This document shows positions 19,501 to 27,572 of a stretch of 64,000 nt of DNA, piece after piece. Location of the stretch: the NCBI GenBank assembly GCA_964421015.1, contig CAYQUS010000007.1, positions 23,551 through 87,550 on the forward strand, given 5' to 3'. The notes beneath the pieces are model-generated. The model saw nothing but the letters and a program-made list of their open reading frames with translations, had not been told where the DNA came from and did not search any database. A program made the position numbers and the translations under genes. Within the stretch, counting starts at the first letter, position 1. Every line of letters starts with the position of its first letter. The DNA is from an uncultured Planctomycetia bacterium. Its GTDB lineage: Bacteria > Omnitrophota > Gorgyraeia > Tantalellales > Tantalellaceae.

Positions 19501-20363
19501 TTCCTGCCCCGGCGTATCTTCAAAAAAGCCTGTTTTACACTATCATCTCCTCCGGCTATCTTATTTCTCAGCTCTTGGATGCCTTCTTTTTCGATTATAT
19601 CGCGGCAGGTATCTATAAACTCTCTGGTATTATCGAAATCTTGCTGAAGCCTTACGAAAAAAGTTTCAAAAACAAATCCAAAAAAATTCTCAGGATCGCG
19701 TTTTGATCCGTACAAAAGATCCGACAGGGGGCGCATCCCTTTTATTATGTTCAGGTAGACCATAAGGGCGTCGCTGTCGGTTATTCCCTCACCCCATTCG
19801 CAGGTAACCCTGACGTCGCCGAACCCCACCGGAATGAACGCCGAACTGAACAAACCCGCCTCGTCGTCTTCCGGAAGATAATACCTCATGAGAAGAACAT
19901 CCCGGGAGGTCGGGGTCACCTTCAAGTAAGGAAGGCAGAAGGTATTCCCGTCCCGGTAAAGATCTTTCCATTCGAATCTGGAAGAATTAAAAGGTCCAAG
20001 GTGTGAGAGATGCTTTTCGATGAGGCTTACAAGACCCTCGGCGCTTATCGCACCCTTATATTCCGTCATGGCCTGAGCTATAAGCCTCGACATGTAAAGG
20101 AACACCACGTCATCCCTGAAATTTTCCGCTCCGGTGTTTAAAAGAGGCTCATCCGAAAGATCCTCTTCTATGATGAATTCACCCTTCGCGTCTTGAGATA
20201 TGACAGGCATTCTCCAGAAACGGGAGGATGGCGAAAGTTTACCTATGCCTTCGCGGCACTCAGCCGCCGGTACCTGGGAAAAAAGAGGGGATCCGTAGCA
20301 CAATAAGGCCGCAGCGAGAAAAACAGAGATAATTTTAGTTAAGGTCTTTACCATATAGCACAC
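16578..20363 (-). CDS. large (1261 aa) signal-peptide-bearing protein with internal PTS EIIA type-2 (PtsN-like) domain
   Basis: N-terminus MVKTLTKIISVFLAAALLCYGSPLFSQ is signal-peptide-like. About 870 aa without a recognisable family follow. Then an EIIA-2-like block (GPGLAIPHIALPKDKKYEIVIV...AMFVLMGP) at about aa 871-1021 (nt ~17300-17750), then a 240-aa C-terminal domain of unknown family. Confidence 0.6.
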   Translation of the reverse strand: MCYMVKTLTKIISVFLAAALLCYGSPLFSQVPAAECREGIGKLSPSSRFWRMPVISQDAKGEFIIEEDLSDEPLLNTGAENFRDDVVFLYMSRLIAQAMTEYKGAISAEGLVSLIEKHLSHLGPFNSSRFEWKDLYRDGNTFCLPYLKVTPTSRDVLLMRYYLPEDDEAGLFSSAFIPVGFGDVRVTCEWGEGITDSDALMVYLNIIKGMRPLSDLLYGSKRDPENFFGFVFETFFVRLQQDFDNTREFIDTCRDIIEKEGIQELRNKIAGGDDSVKQAFLKIRRGRNTKQSSISTYGVLLFFITSTPGHIDAMQSTVEDLYVELVRRGFFPEDAGYRTKAEKGIYQRGEEIFEAQGRQFSLSDILEWKVPEDIYSEIILACPEIKEKAGPGELVFDMEEDALTVRGWKYPLSDLASESAGRNAVIKLREKRDEIELILSDFRKTREETRARISWAMERLYEEFIPTRPAGELSFTRQGVSYHLAGHSVVHLYPKGLIYAGPDSVFMSSIMTNYGESIPADRTWTDNAGKIEKAIKVWESFDPASTSVRETFTKRASVVELDMDTRLLFSDPDKNVVRPLQMGRSRHVFYISKEYLDGLDSGNEEHMRELAFLLKLGESFLEKQETLLKSGTDLEGLQGAADDFNLHFLERSVLDPLMDIGEVRKRLSRGMKLDFIEKNTNSMEEILKDEEEAFRIQSRLDIAREDFSAVRSDIRKLFWLNYSLLSRYSGMGMSEMADKTYRKLKKATKDLQGHDRAGLMPYDFQVKLVFTALKFGYWDDFINEAETLLTGRNFPSGLLGEEKAFVRSLVSPVRAEGRRGLEDELMKALRAQIRVMSPGNAADIETRIEGFIEESKKLEDDAVKDQKEKEDDFDRMVSSCPILDIEGTHTRDEVFEMVAREGALRTGMDKDELLDKFIKRESQGSTVVGPGLAIPHIALPKDKKYEIVIVRSKEGVIFPGGSDPVKAMFVLMGPRGEETLDAFHLKMMMAVAMIGRGRDFMNNWLNRADEEDLRLFLLNADRRRETRKEEDPAEKPRGETEHSSPKQGATMTEEKLDLAAEAAVARDLLDSLIARIGEIRLSPDKNSGKIVVGIDMGLMPDSPEHLAALQGLINRINYISRIRGLGDVVVRRRNGGRELAKALRDVKRETGAENSNFVILGDVKGLGESVFDEFREKDGSSGAFFAGVETPPEYSDDSYRRIVEMLTMALNAAFGVSLDQSRHPNVKFRKISERFYVFTPRAVKFDPKAYIIQKKEIDVRA

Positions 20364-20399
20364 GCCCCTTTGTGTTTTTTGGGCGAGTATAGACCATAT

Positions 20400-20429
20400 A
20401 TTATATTACGAAAAAGTTAGTTATGACAA
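20400..20429 (-). promoter_or_regulatory. candidate sigma70 promoter for the 1261-aa gene (TTGTCA-18-TATAAT)
   Basis: Minus strand reads 'ttgtca taactaactttttcgtaa tataat', about 35-40 nt upstream of the ORF start. Confidence 0.35.
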
Positions 20430-20556
20430 CGAAAATCTTCTTTTTGTGCCGGGTGGAAAGGCATATAGCAAGCTGTCCCTGGATTAAGCTTTAAAGTGTC
20501 CCCGAAAACGGGAAATTTGACATAACAAGATTACACCTGGCCTGAAGTGCCCTATA

Positions 20557-21219
20557 TCAGTCGTCCAATTTCTTATGCTTAACCACCTTAGCCCTTACCA
20601 TGTATATCACATCTTCAGCTATATTGGTGGCATGGTCGCATATTCTCTCGAGATGGCGGGCAGATAAAAGAAGAGGCACGGCCCTGGAAGCGGAAGCGCC
20701 GTCACGTGTCATATATTCCACAAGTTCCTTTTGAACGGCGGCTTTAAGCTTGTCTGCCTCCGGATCGGCAAGTATTATCTCTCTTGCAAGTTCTTCGTTC
20801 TCATCAACAAAAGAATCTATCGCACCCTTGACCATTCTCCTGGCTATTTCTGACAATTTCGGTATATCTATAAGGGGCTTCAGAAGCGGCTGGCCGGCTA
20901 TTTCAATGGCTCTCTGCGCTATATTCACGGTAAGATCGGCTATTCTTTCCAGTTCCGCGTTTATCTTCATCCCGGTAGTTATAAACCTTAGATCACCCGC
21001 CATCGGCTGATACATAGCCAAAAGACCAATCGCGTTTTCCTCGATGATATTTTCTATATCGTCTATCCTGTTATCTCCTTCAACTACTTCCTTCGCCAAG
21101 AATTTATCCCTTTTTTTTATAGCTTCCACGGATTTATAAATAGCCTCTTCCACGAGAGAAGCCATTTTTATAAGATCCGTCTTCAATTTTGTCAGCTCGT
21201 CATCAAAATGCCTTTCCAT
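20557..21219 (-). CDS. phoU: phosphate transport system regulatory protein PhoU
   Basis: 220 aa. Two PhoU repeats with conserved D..E..A motifs (ELERIADLTV, RHLERICDHATNIAEDVIY). Last gene of the pst operon. Confidence 0.85.
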   Translation of the reverse strand: MERHFDDELTKLKTDLIKMASLVEEAIYKSVEAIKKRDKFLAKEVVEGDNRIDDIENIIEENAIGLLAMYQPMAGDLRFITTGMKINAELERIADLTVNIAQRAIEIAGQPLLKPLIDIPKLSEIARRMVKGAIDSFVDENEELAREIILADPEADKLKAAVQKELVEYMTRDGASASRAVPLLLSARHLERICDHATNIAEDVIYMVRAKVVKHKKLDD

Positions 21220-21239
21220 ATAGTCCTCTCCTTAGATTT

Positions 21240-21998
21240 TTATCCATACCGTCCTGTTATATAGTCTTCCGTGAATTTTTCTCTAGGCGCCGTAAATATC
21301 TCCTGGGTTCCTCCGAACTCTATCATTTTCCCCAAAAGCATAAAGCCCGTATCGTCAGAAACTCGTGCCGCCTGCTGCATATTGTGCGTAACTATTATTA
21401 TAGTATAGTTCTCCTTCAGTTCCCTCATCAATTCTTCTATGCGTGCTGTAGCCTGGGGGTCCAGGGTAGAACATGGCTCATCCATAAGCAACACTTCCGG
21501 CCCCACAGCTATTAATCTGGCGATGCAAAGTCTCTGTTTCTGCTCCAATGACAGCCTCAGCGCCGGAACATGAAGCTTATCCTTCAGTTCATCCCACAGG
21601 ATAACACTCCTCAGGCTTCGCTCCACGATCTCGTCCATGACTTCCCTTTTCATCCCGAGCTCGTGGATCTTCTTCCCGAAGACTATGTTTTCGTAAACCG
21701 ATAAGGGAAAAGGATTGGGCCTCTGGAACACCATTCCCACCTTTTTACGCAGCGTCACCAGGTCTGTTCGGGGACCGATAATATCCGTATTATCAACAAA
21801 AACCTTGCCCTTCATCTTTACCCCGTCGATCATGTCGTTCATACGGTTAAACACCCGCAGTAAAGTCGATTTGCCACACCCGGACGGCCCTATTATGGCG
21901 GTGATCCTGTTACGCCCGAATGCCACGCTAACATCTTTCAGCGCGTGAAAATCTCCGTACCACAGGTTCAGTTCTTTTGTCTCTATCTTGGGTATCAT
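21240..21998 (-). CDS. pstB: phosphate ABC transporter ATP-binding protein PstB (canonical Walker A/B, Q-loop, H-loop; degenerate signature)
   Basis: Walker [11 protein letters not shown]-loop [10 protein letters not shown], Walker [14 protein letters not shown]-loop VTHN. Signature motif is LSLEQKQRL instead of LSGGQQQRL. Confidence 0.9.
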   Translation of the reverse strand: MIPKIETKELNLWYGDFHALKDVSVAFGRNRITAIIGPSGCGKSTLLRVFNRMNDMIDGVKMKGKVFVDNTDIIGPRTDLVTLRKKVGMVFQRPNPFPLSVYENIVFGKKIHELGMKREVMDEIVERSLRSVILWDELKDKLHVPALRLSLEQKQRLCIARLIAVGPEVLLMDEPCSTLDPQATARIEELMRELKENYTIIIVTHNMQQAARVSDDTGFMLLGKMIEFGGTQEIFTAPREKFTEDYITGRYG

Positions 21999-22741
21999 CC
22001 GAATTTTCCTCTTATGTAATCACCGGTCCGTTCATCTTCCGGCGCCGTGAACATCCTGTCTGTTTTGTTCATTTCAATAAACTTACCGTTCAGAAAAAAT
22101 ACAGTGTTGTCTCCCACTCTTGCCGCCTGTTTCACATTATTCGTTACGAGTATTATCGTATAATCTTTCTTCAACTCGACCATAGCGTCCTCAACTTTAG
22201 CCGTGGAAATAGGGTCAAGCCCTGAACATGGCTCGTCGAACAAGACCACTTCGGGTTCTACGGCGAGTGTCCTGGCTATACAAAGGCGTTGCTGCTGCCC
22301 TCCGGACAGTTTGAATGCCGATTCCCCCAACCTTTCACTCACCTCTTCCCAAAGATAAGCCTTTTTTAAAGCACTTTCAACTTTCCCTGCAAGCACCGTC
22401 TTATTCTTTACCCCCTGCATCTTTACCCCATATGACACATTGTCAAAAATCGACAAGGGAAGAGGTAATGGGAGCGCAAACACCATGCCGACTTTCCTGC
22501 GCAGAGTTTCAACATTTATCTCCATTAAGTCCCTGTCATCAAAAAAAACCTTACCTTCCATCTTAAAATTCGGGTTTAGATCGTTAAGGCGATTAAGCAT
22601 TCTCAAAAAAGTAGTTTTTCCGCTGTTGGAAGGCCCTATTACGCTCAAGATCTTATTTGCCTGAACTTCCAGACTTATCCGGTCCAGCGCCATCACATCC
22701 CCGAACCACACACTGAGATCTTTAATATCGAACTTTACCAT
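21995..22741 (-). CDS. PstB paralog (canonical signature; degenerate Q-loop and H-loop)
   Basis: Walker [10 protein letters not shown], Walker [14 protein letters not shown], signature [13 protein letters not shown]. The Q-loop Gln is replaced ([10 protein letters not shown]) and the H-loop His is replaced (VTNN). Overlaps pstB by 4 nt. Confidence 0.8.
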   Translation of the reverse strand: MVKFDIKDLSVWFGDVMALDRISLEVQANKILSVIGPSNSGKTTFLRMLNRLNDLNPNFKMEGKVFFDDRDLMEINVETLRRKVGMVFALPLPLPLSIFDNVSYGVKMQGVKNKTVLAGKVESALKKAYLWEEVSERLGESAFKLSGGQQQRLCIARTLAVEPEVVLFDEPCSGLDPISTAKVEDAMVELKKDYTIILVTNNVKQAARVGDNTVFFLNGKFIEMNKTDRMFTAPEDERTGDYIRGKFG

Positions 22742-23583
22742 TTCTTCATTTTCCTGAATTTATAGCGTATGATTATCGCTACTAGGTTCATAAATAAAAC
22801 CATGACCAAAAGTACTAGAGCCGTTCCATATCTTATTTTTTCTTCAACATTAGGCACCTGAGTCGATATAACGTAAAGGTGGTACGGCAGCGCCATCACC
22901 TGATCGAACACGGAACGCGGTAACCGCGGCAGATAAAAAGCCGCCACTGTAAAAAGTATCGGAGCCGTCTCTCCGGCGGCCCGCCCAAGCCCCAGAATAG
23001 TCCCGGTCAAAACTCCCGATAGAGCGTTCGGAAGAACAATATGCCTCACGGTCTGCCATTTACTAGCGCCGAGGGATAGGCTTACTTCCCTGAAAGTTTG
23101 CGGAACACTTTCTAGCGCCTCGCGTGAAGTAGTTATGATTATAGGCAGTATCATTATGCCTAACGTAAGCGACCCGGCGAGTATTGACGCTCCTAACCTG
23201 AAAAAAACAACAAAAATAGAAAGTCCGAACAAGCCGTAAACCACAGAAGGAACTCCCGCCAGGTTGACTATGGCAAGTTTGATCATCCTGGTAAGAATAT
23301 TATCCTTAGAATATTCACTCAAATATACCGCCGCGGCAAGTCCTATCGGGAGGGCAAACAGGATCGCGCCGGACACAAGATATAGCGTACCCACTATAGC
23401 CGGAAATATTCCGCCATCGCGCATCCCGTGACGCGGCATATCCGTCAGGAACTGCCAGTTTATCGCGGGAAGCCCTTTCTTTATTATTATCCCCACTATT
23501 AATCCTACCGGGACCACGATAAGAAGCGTAGCTAGAAGCATAAAGAAGAACGCTATTTTTTGTGTTCTGTAAGGATCTCTCAT
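22735..23583 (-). CDS. pstA: phosphate ABC transporter permease PstA
   Basis: 282 aa, 6 TM helices, EAA-like loop (LGASKWQTVRHIVLPNALSGVLTG). Second permease of the pst operon. Confidence 0.8.
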   Translation of the reverse strand: MRDPYRTQKIAFFFMLLATLLIVVPVGLIVGIIIKKGLPAINWQFLTDMPRHGMRDGGIFPAIVGTLYLVSGAILFALPIGLAAAVYLSEYSKDNILTRMIKLAIVNLAGVPSVVYGLFGLSIFVVFFRLGASILAGSLTLGIMILPIIITTSREALESVPQTFREVSLSLGASKWQTVRHIVLPNALSGVLTGTILGLGRAAGETAPILFTVAAFYLPRLPRSVFDQVMALPYHLYVISTQVPNVEEKIRYGTALVLLVMVLFMNLVAIIIRYKFRKMKKW

Positions 23584-24446
23584 TACTGCCTTTTATGCAG
23601 AAAAAAATCCGCGGTTATATTTATAGCGAAACTTATTACGAATAGCACGATCCCTATCGCAAAAAGCGCGAAATAATGTTCGCTTCCAACTACAGCCTCT
23701 CCCATTTCAGCCGCTATCGTAGCGGTCAATGTCCTTACCGGAGCGAGAATACTTTCGGGGATCACCGCCGCGTTCCCCGTTATCATCATAACCGCCATCG
23801 TCTCCCCTATCACCCTTCCTATCCCAAGCATGACCGCGGCCACAATGCCGCTTGATGCCGCCGGGAGCATTACGCGCCAGATAGTCTGCCATTGCGTGGC
23901 GCCAAGAGCAAAAGCCCCTTCCTTATAGTTCTTCGGCACAGAATAAAGAGCGTCTTCGGCTATAGAAACTATCGTCGGCATGGCCATGAATGCCAGCATT
24001 ATCGACCCTGACAAAGCTGTCAACCCGGTGGGCAAATGGAATAGATTTTTGATAAGAGGTACTAGCGTTACCATTCCCAGAAAACCCAGCACAACACTCG
24101 GTATGGCCGCCAAGAGCTCTATTCCGGCCTTAAGGACTTCCTTTATCCCCTTGGGAGCTACTTCGGCAATATATACGGCGCATCCCACCCCTATCGGGAT
24201 AGATATAACCGCAGCCCCGATCGTGACCACAAGAGAACCCAGTATGAGAGGCAATATCCCAAGTCTAGCCGGCTCGGAAATAGGATACCAGCTTTTCCCA
24301 AAAAGAAAATCGGAAGGGCTTATTACCTTAAATACCGCTAAACCCTCTCTGAGCAGGAATAGGAATATCAAAACCACAAAAAATATCGAGGCCACCCCGC
24401 ACAACAGAACGAACTTCTCAATAATGAATTCTTTTATCCTGCGCAT
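23583..24446 (-). CDS. pstC: phosphate ABC transporter permease PstC
   Basis: 287 aa, 6 TM helices, EAA-like loop (ALGATQWQTIWRVMLPAASSGIVAA). First permease after pstS. Confidence 0.8.
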   Translation of the reverse strand: MRRIKEFIIEKFVLLCGVASIFFVVLIFLFLLREGLAVFKVISPSDFLFGKSWYPISEPARLGILPLILGSLVVTIGAAVISIPIGVGCAVYIAEVAPKGIKEVLKAGIELLAAIPSVVLGFLGMVTLVPLIKNLFHLPTGLTALSGSIMLAFMAMPTIVSIAEDALYSVPKNYKEGAFALGATQWQTIWRVMLPAASSGIVAAVMLGIGRVIGETMAVMMITGNAAVIPESILAPVRTLTATIAAEMGEAVVGSEHYFALFAIGIVLFVISFAINITADFFLHKRQ

Positions 24447-24451
24447 TAAAT

Positions 24452-25312
24452 TTACCTTTTGACCGGCACAAAATCGGTTTCCAGAACTATACGCTGTCCT
24501 TCCTCCGAAAACGCGAAATCCACAAAACGCTTCACAAGTCCTTCCGGCTCTCCATTAGTATACAAAAAAAGCGGCCTGGATATGGGGTACTTTCCGTTTA
24601 TAACGTTCTCAATTGTCGGAGCAACATATTCGTCCCCCGTAGCCGCGGCAACGGCCACCGGTTTTTGCTTATCAGAGATATATCCCATACCGTAATATCC
24701 GATGGCCGCGGGGTTTCCCGCTACTTCATCGGCGATGGCCTGGGACGATGTGAGCATCAAAGCTTTTGGAGAGAACTCTTCGGTGCTCTTTGGATCGTTC
24801 CCTCTCAAAACATGCTCCTTAAAATACACGTGAGTACCGGAATTCACCTCACGGGAAAGAACCACTATCCTCTCATCTTTCCCGCCTACTTCTTTCCAGT
24901 TCACTATTTTTCCGGTAAAAATACCGGCCATCTGCGCTGTAGTCAGATTGTTCACGGGGTTGGAGGGGTTAATCACGACAGCGAGACCGTCCATTCCGAC
25001 CGTTATCTCTTTCGGGGTGATGCCTTTCGCTTCCGCAAGAGCTATCTCCTTGTCCTTGATCTTTCTGGAACTCATGGCAATATCGCATGTCCCGCTTATT
25101 AAACTTGATAACCCGGTGCCGGATCCGCCACCGGTAACGGCGATGAAGTCTTCCGGAGATTTCTCCATGTACACCTCTGCCCAGGACTGACCCAGGTTAA
25201 CCATAGTATCAGATCCTTTTAGCTGAATCATATCTTCCGCGCTTACAACGCTGCTTATAAAAAAGACTGCTGCTGCCGCTACCCCCAGGCATATTTTCCA
25301 AACATTACTCAT
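24452..25312 (-). CDS. pstS: phosphate-binding protein PstS
   Basis: 286 aa. Signal peptide; PstS-like GSDTM...TGGGSGTG...DIAMSSR motifs. Confidence 0.8.
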   Translation of the reverse strand: MSNVWKICLGVAAAAVFFISSVVSAEDMIQLKGSDTMVNLGQSWAEVYMEKSPEDFIAVTGGGSGTGLSSLISGTCDIAMSSRKIKDKEIALAEAKGITPKEITVGMDGLAVVINPSNPVNNLTTAQMAGIFTGKIVNWKEVGGKDERIVVLSREVNSGTHVYFKEHVLRGNDPKSTEEFSPKALMLTSSQAIADEVAGNPAAIGYYGMGYISDKQKPVAVAAATGDEYVAPTIENVINGKYPISRPLFLYTNGEPEGLVKRFVDFAFSEEGQRIVLETDFVPVKR

Positions 25313-25400
25313 TCGTAGACCCTCCTTTTCCCAATTGTTATCGGAATATTACTATCGTCACTTTTCATTATGGTTACAACAATGTGAACTTTGTGTGAAC

Positions 25401-26732
25401 TTAAAATTTGGTCCTTATGTCGAGCATCATGAGCTGATAAGGCTCGTCATAATGGTTTGTAAGCCTTTCGTTGACGCTTATAGGCTCGCAGTAGTAGTAG
25501 GTAAGCCCGGCCGATAAGTTCTTCATAAGAGCATACTCAAAAGATCCGACAAAACCTCTCCCGCCGGTACCTCCGGCCCTGGGTACGCCCTGGGTAGTGA
25601 ACCCGTAGAAGTCAGAATCCGGAAGAAAATCAGGCACGCTTTCCCTTTCTATATACCGGTATTCTCCAGTAAGTTTCCATTGTCCCGGATTCTCCGGTTT
25701 TTTGTCTCCGAGGTAACCGCCAAGCTGCCACGCAAAAGCGTTTGTGGGAGCCGATGTATTCCAAATGAAATCCCCGAGAACTCCGTGACCGAACTTGAAA
25801 TCCCCTATCTGCAAGCTGTCATACTGAAAAAGCACGTCGACAAGGTTGAAGTCGTACCTGTAGGTATTACCCAGCCTTCCTCCCCACAGAGTGTTGGTTC
25901 CGGATGAATATGGCGCGCTCGCGTAAGCGGTATTACCCTGAACGTTGGCGAAGTCATAATACGCGACGCTTGTATCCACCGTGGCTCCCCACGAATTTAT
26001 TACATTGGCCTTGAATCCTCCCTGAATAGTCCAAAGAAGGGGGTCCCTCTGGGAGGTCTGGAACTCGTCCAGCCAGAACATGCCGCCGTTACTGTAAAGG
26101 CTTACGGGTATCTCCCCAAGGCTAAAACCCGGTGACGCGTACTTTAGGGCCATTCCGCCAGGGTTTATGTCGCTGTCCCACAGAATAGAGGAATATGTCA
26201 TAGGGTTCTGAAATTTTCCGCCCCACAGATCCACCTTTCCTACCTCACCCGGAACAGGTGCCGTCCAGTTTATGTAATATTGGTCAAGGCGAAGGTCATA
26301 CGACTCGAAATTATCATCCAGGGTCTGGTTTGTGGACCTTGGGTCATCGTTGCCGGTAACCGCAAGCACCCCGGCCTTTACCTGATCGTTAACCTTTCCT
26401 TCAACTCCCAATCTTGCCCTTACCCTTTGCCTCAGTCTCTGGTGCGCGGGTCCGAGGCCTTTACCCCAGTCCGCCTGGGTTCTCAGTCTAACGTCTCCTT
26501 TTATCTTCACATTATCCGTCCATTCGGGAACTATTACTTTTTTAGCTTCTGCCATATCTTTTGCCGCTTCCTCTTTCGCCTGGGCCATAAGTATCTGCCC
26601 TTCGTACGGGGAGAGTATCCCTTTTTCCACAAGCTTATCCACCAGAACCTGCATTTCACTGGCTCCTGATCTCGGCGCCGCGGCCGTAAAAATAACCGTA
26701 GCTGCCAATAGAACCGCTAACACCTTTCTCAT
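25401..26732 (-). CDS. outer-membrane beta-barrel porin, possibly phosphate-selective (context upstream of pstS)
   Basis: Start set at MRKVLAVLLAATVIFTAAAP (classic signal peptide; RBS AAGGAGGG 8 nt upstream). Gly/Tyr-rich alternating beta-strand character and a C-terminal Phe. An in-frame upstream ATG at 26858 also carries a strong RBS (GAGGAGGG). Confidence 0.45.
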   Translation of the reverse strand: MRKVLAVLLAATVIFTAAAPRSGASEMQVLVDKLVEKGILSPYEGQILMAQAKEEAAKDMAEAKKVIVPEWTDNVKIKGDVRLRTQADWGKGLGPAHQRLRQRVRARLGVEGKVNDQVKAGVLAVTGNDDPRSTNQTLDDNFESYDLRLDQYYINWTAPVPGEVGKVDLWGGKFQNPMTYSSILWDSDINPGGMALKYASPGFSLGEIPVSLYSNGGMFWLDEFQTSQRDPLLWTIQGGFKANVINSWGATVDTSVAYYDFANVQGNTAYASAPYSSGTNTLWGGRLGNTYRYDFNLVDVLFQYDSLQIGDFKFGHGVLGDFIWNTSAPTNAFAWQLGGYLGDKKPENPGQWKLTGEYRYIERESVPDFLPDSDFYGFTTQGVPRAGGTGGRGFVGSFEYALMKNLSAGLTYYYCEPISVNERLTNHYDEPYQLMMLDIRTKF

Positions 26733-26994
26733 CTCTTTCCCTCCTTTTTTGTCGATACCCACGATGACCTCTTCCGCAAAGCCAGCGCAAAACCGAAAAT
26801 AAACCAACCCCAAGACCGACATCCCCGCTAAAACCATTACTCCCGTCAAGATATCCATTGTCACCCTCCTCTTTTCTCTTCCGGATTACGCCTGAAGTTT
26901 AGCTTTCGTATGTTGAGTCTTTTTTAAGCGGAAGTGAAATCCGGGTGAATTGAAACGCCATAACTGGATAGCAAGGGGGCAGGTTGAGGTTGAG

Positions 26995-27055
26995 GTGACT
27001 GGCACAGATCATATTTCCCGAGTTAAAGTGCCTGTCACCAAAGTGTCTTGGGTAT
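26995..27055. repeat. REP-like palindromic element (GGTGACTGGCA ... TGCCTGTCACC) with embedded Pho-box-like direct repeat
   Basis: 'ggtgactggca' (26995-27005) and its near-complement 'tgcctgtcacc' (27029-27039) form a hairpin. The same 20-mer 'gtgcctgtcaccaaWgtgtc' recurs at 57911-57930, and a perfect-palindrome version at 39019-39055. Confidence 0.6.
27032..27049 (+). promoter_or_regulatory. Pho-box-like direct repeat CTGTCAC-caaa-GTGTCTT
   Basis: Two 7-mers spaced by 4 nt resemble the E. coli PhoB box (CTGTCAT-N4-CTGTCAY). It lies about 300 nt upstream of the porin/pst operon, on the opposite strand. Assignment is uncertain because the motif is part of a dispersed repeat. Confidence 0.3.
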
Positions 27056-27168
27056 CGAGTATCGAGTGAGGGGGCAGGTTGAGGCAGTTAGACTGGTGCT
27101 TCATAGTCGAACTGTCCCCGAGCCAGAGAGAGGGCACAAAAGTGTCTCTGTCATTCTGAGTCAGAGGC

Positions 27169-27247
27169 GTATCCCTATGATCCTACCAGGGCCCCTCCGC
27201 CCGGTGTGGATCCTCCCTGTACGGATCATAGGGATACTTTCTCGATA
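27169..27247. repeat. 15-bp perfect inverted repeats (gtatccctatgatcc / ggatcatagggatac) flanking 49 bp
   Basis: Exact reverse complements at 27169-27183 and 27233-27247, inside the 840-bp phoR-porin intergenic region. Confidence 0.7.
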
Positions 27248-27572
27248 TACTCAAAAGCGAGGGGATACCTGAGTGTCTCCGTAATTCTGAGCCGAAGGCG
27301 AAGAATCTAAAATAGCCATTATCCTCGGGGCGAGTGTATTCGAGCACCGCAAACGATCCGCCGCCCGAAAGGGATAAAAATATGGTCGCTCCCTCAGGAT
27401 GACGGTTGAAGTTGAGGCAGTGAGGGGATAGCGAAGGTTAAGGTTAAGTGGGAAGATGGAAGAGATAATTAGTAAGCAGCAAGTAGTAAGGAGGTTGAGT
27501 GATAAGAAAAGAGTCCGGAGCTAAGCTATTTCGGAGCCTTTTTAACAGAGAAAAAGTATGCCCGGAGTATCG

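Noticed and set aside
27130-27300. Hammerhead-ribozyme-like 'CTGAG...CGAAG' strings
   Set aside because: They do not fit the CUGANGA ... GAAA core with correctly placed helices. More likely simple hairpins of the repeat family.
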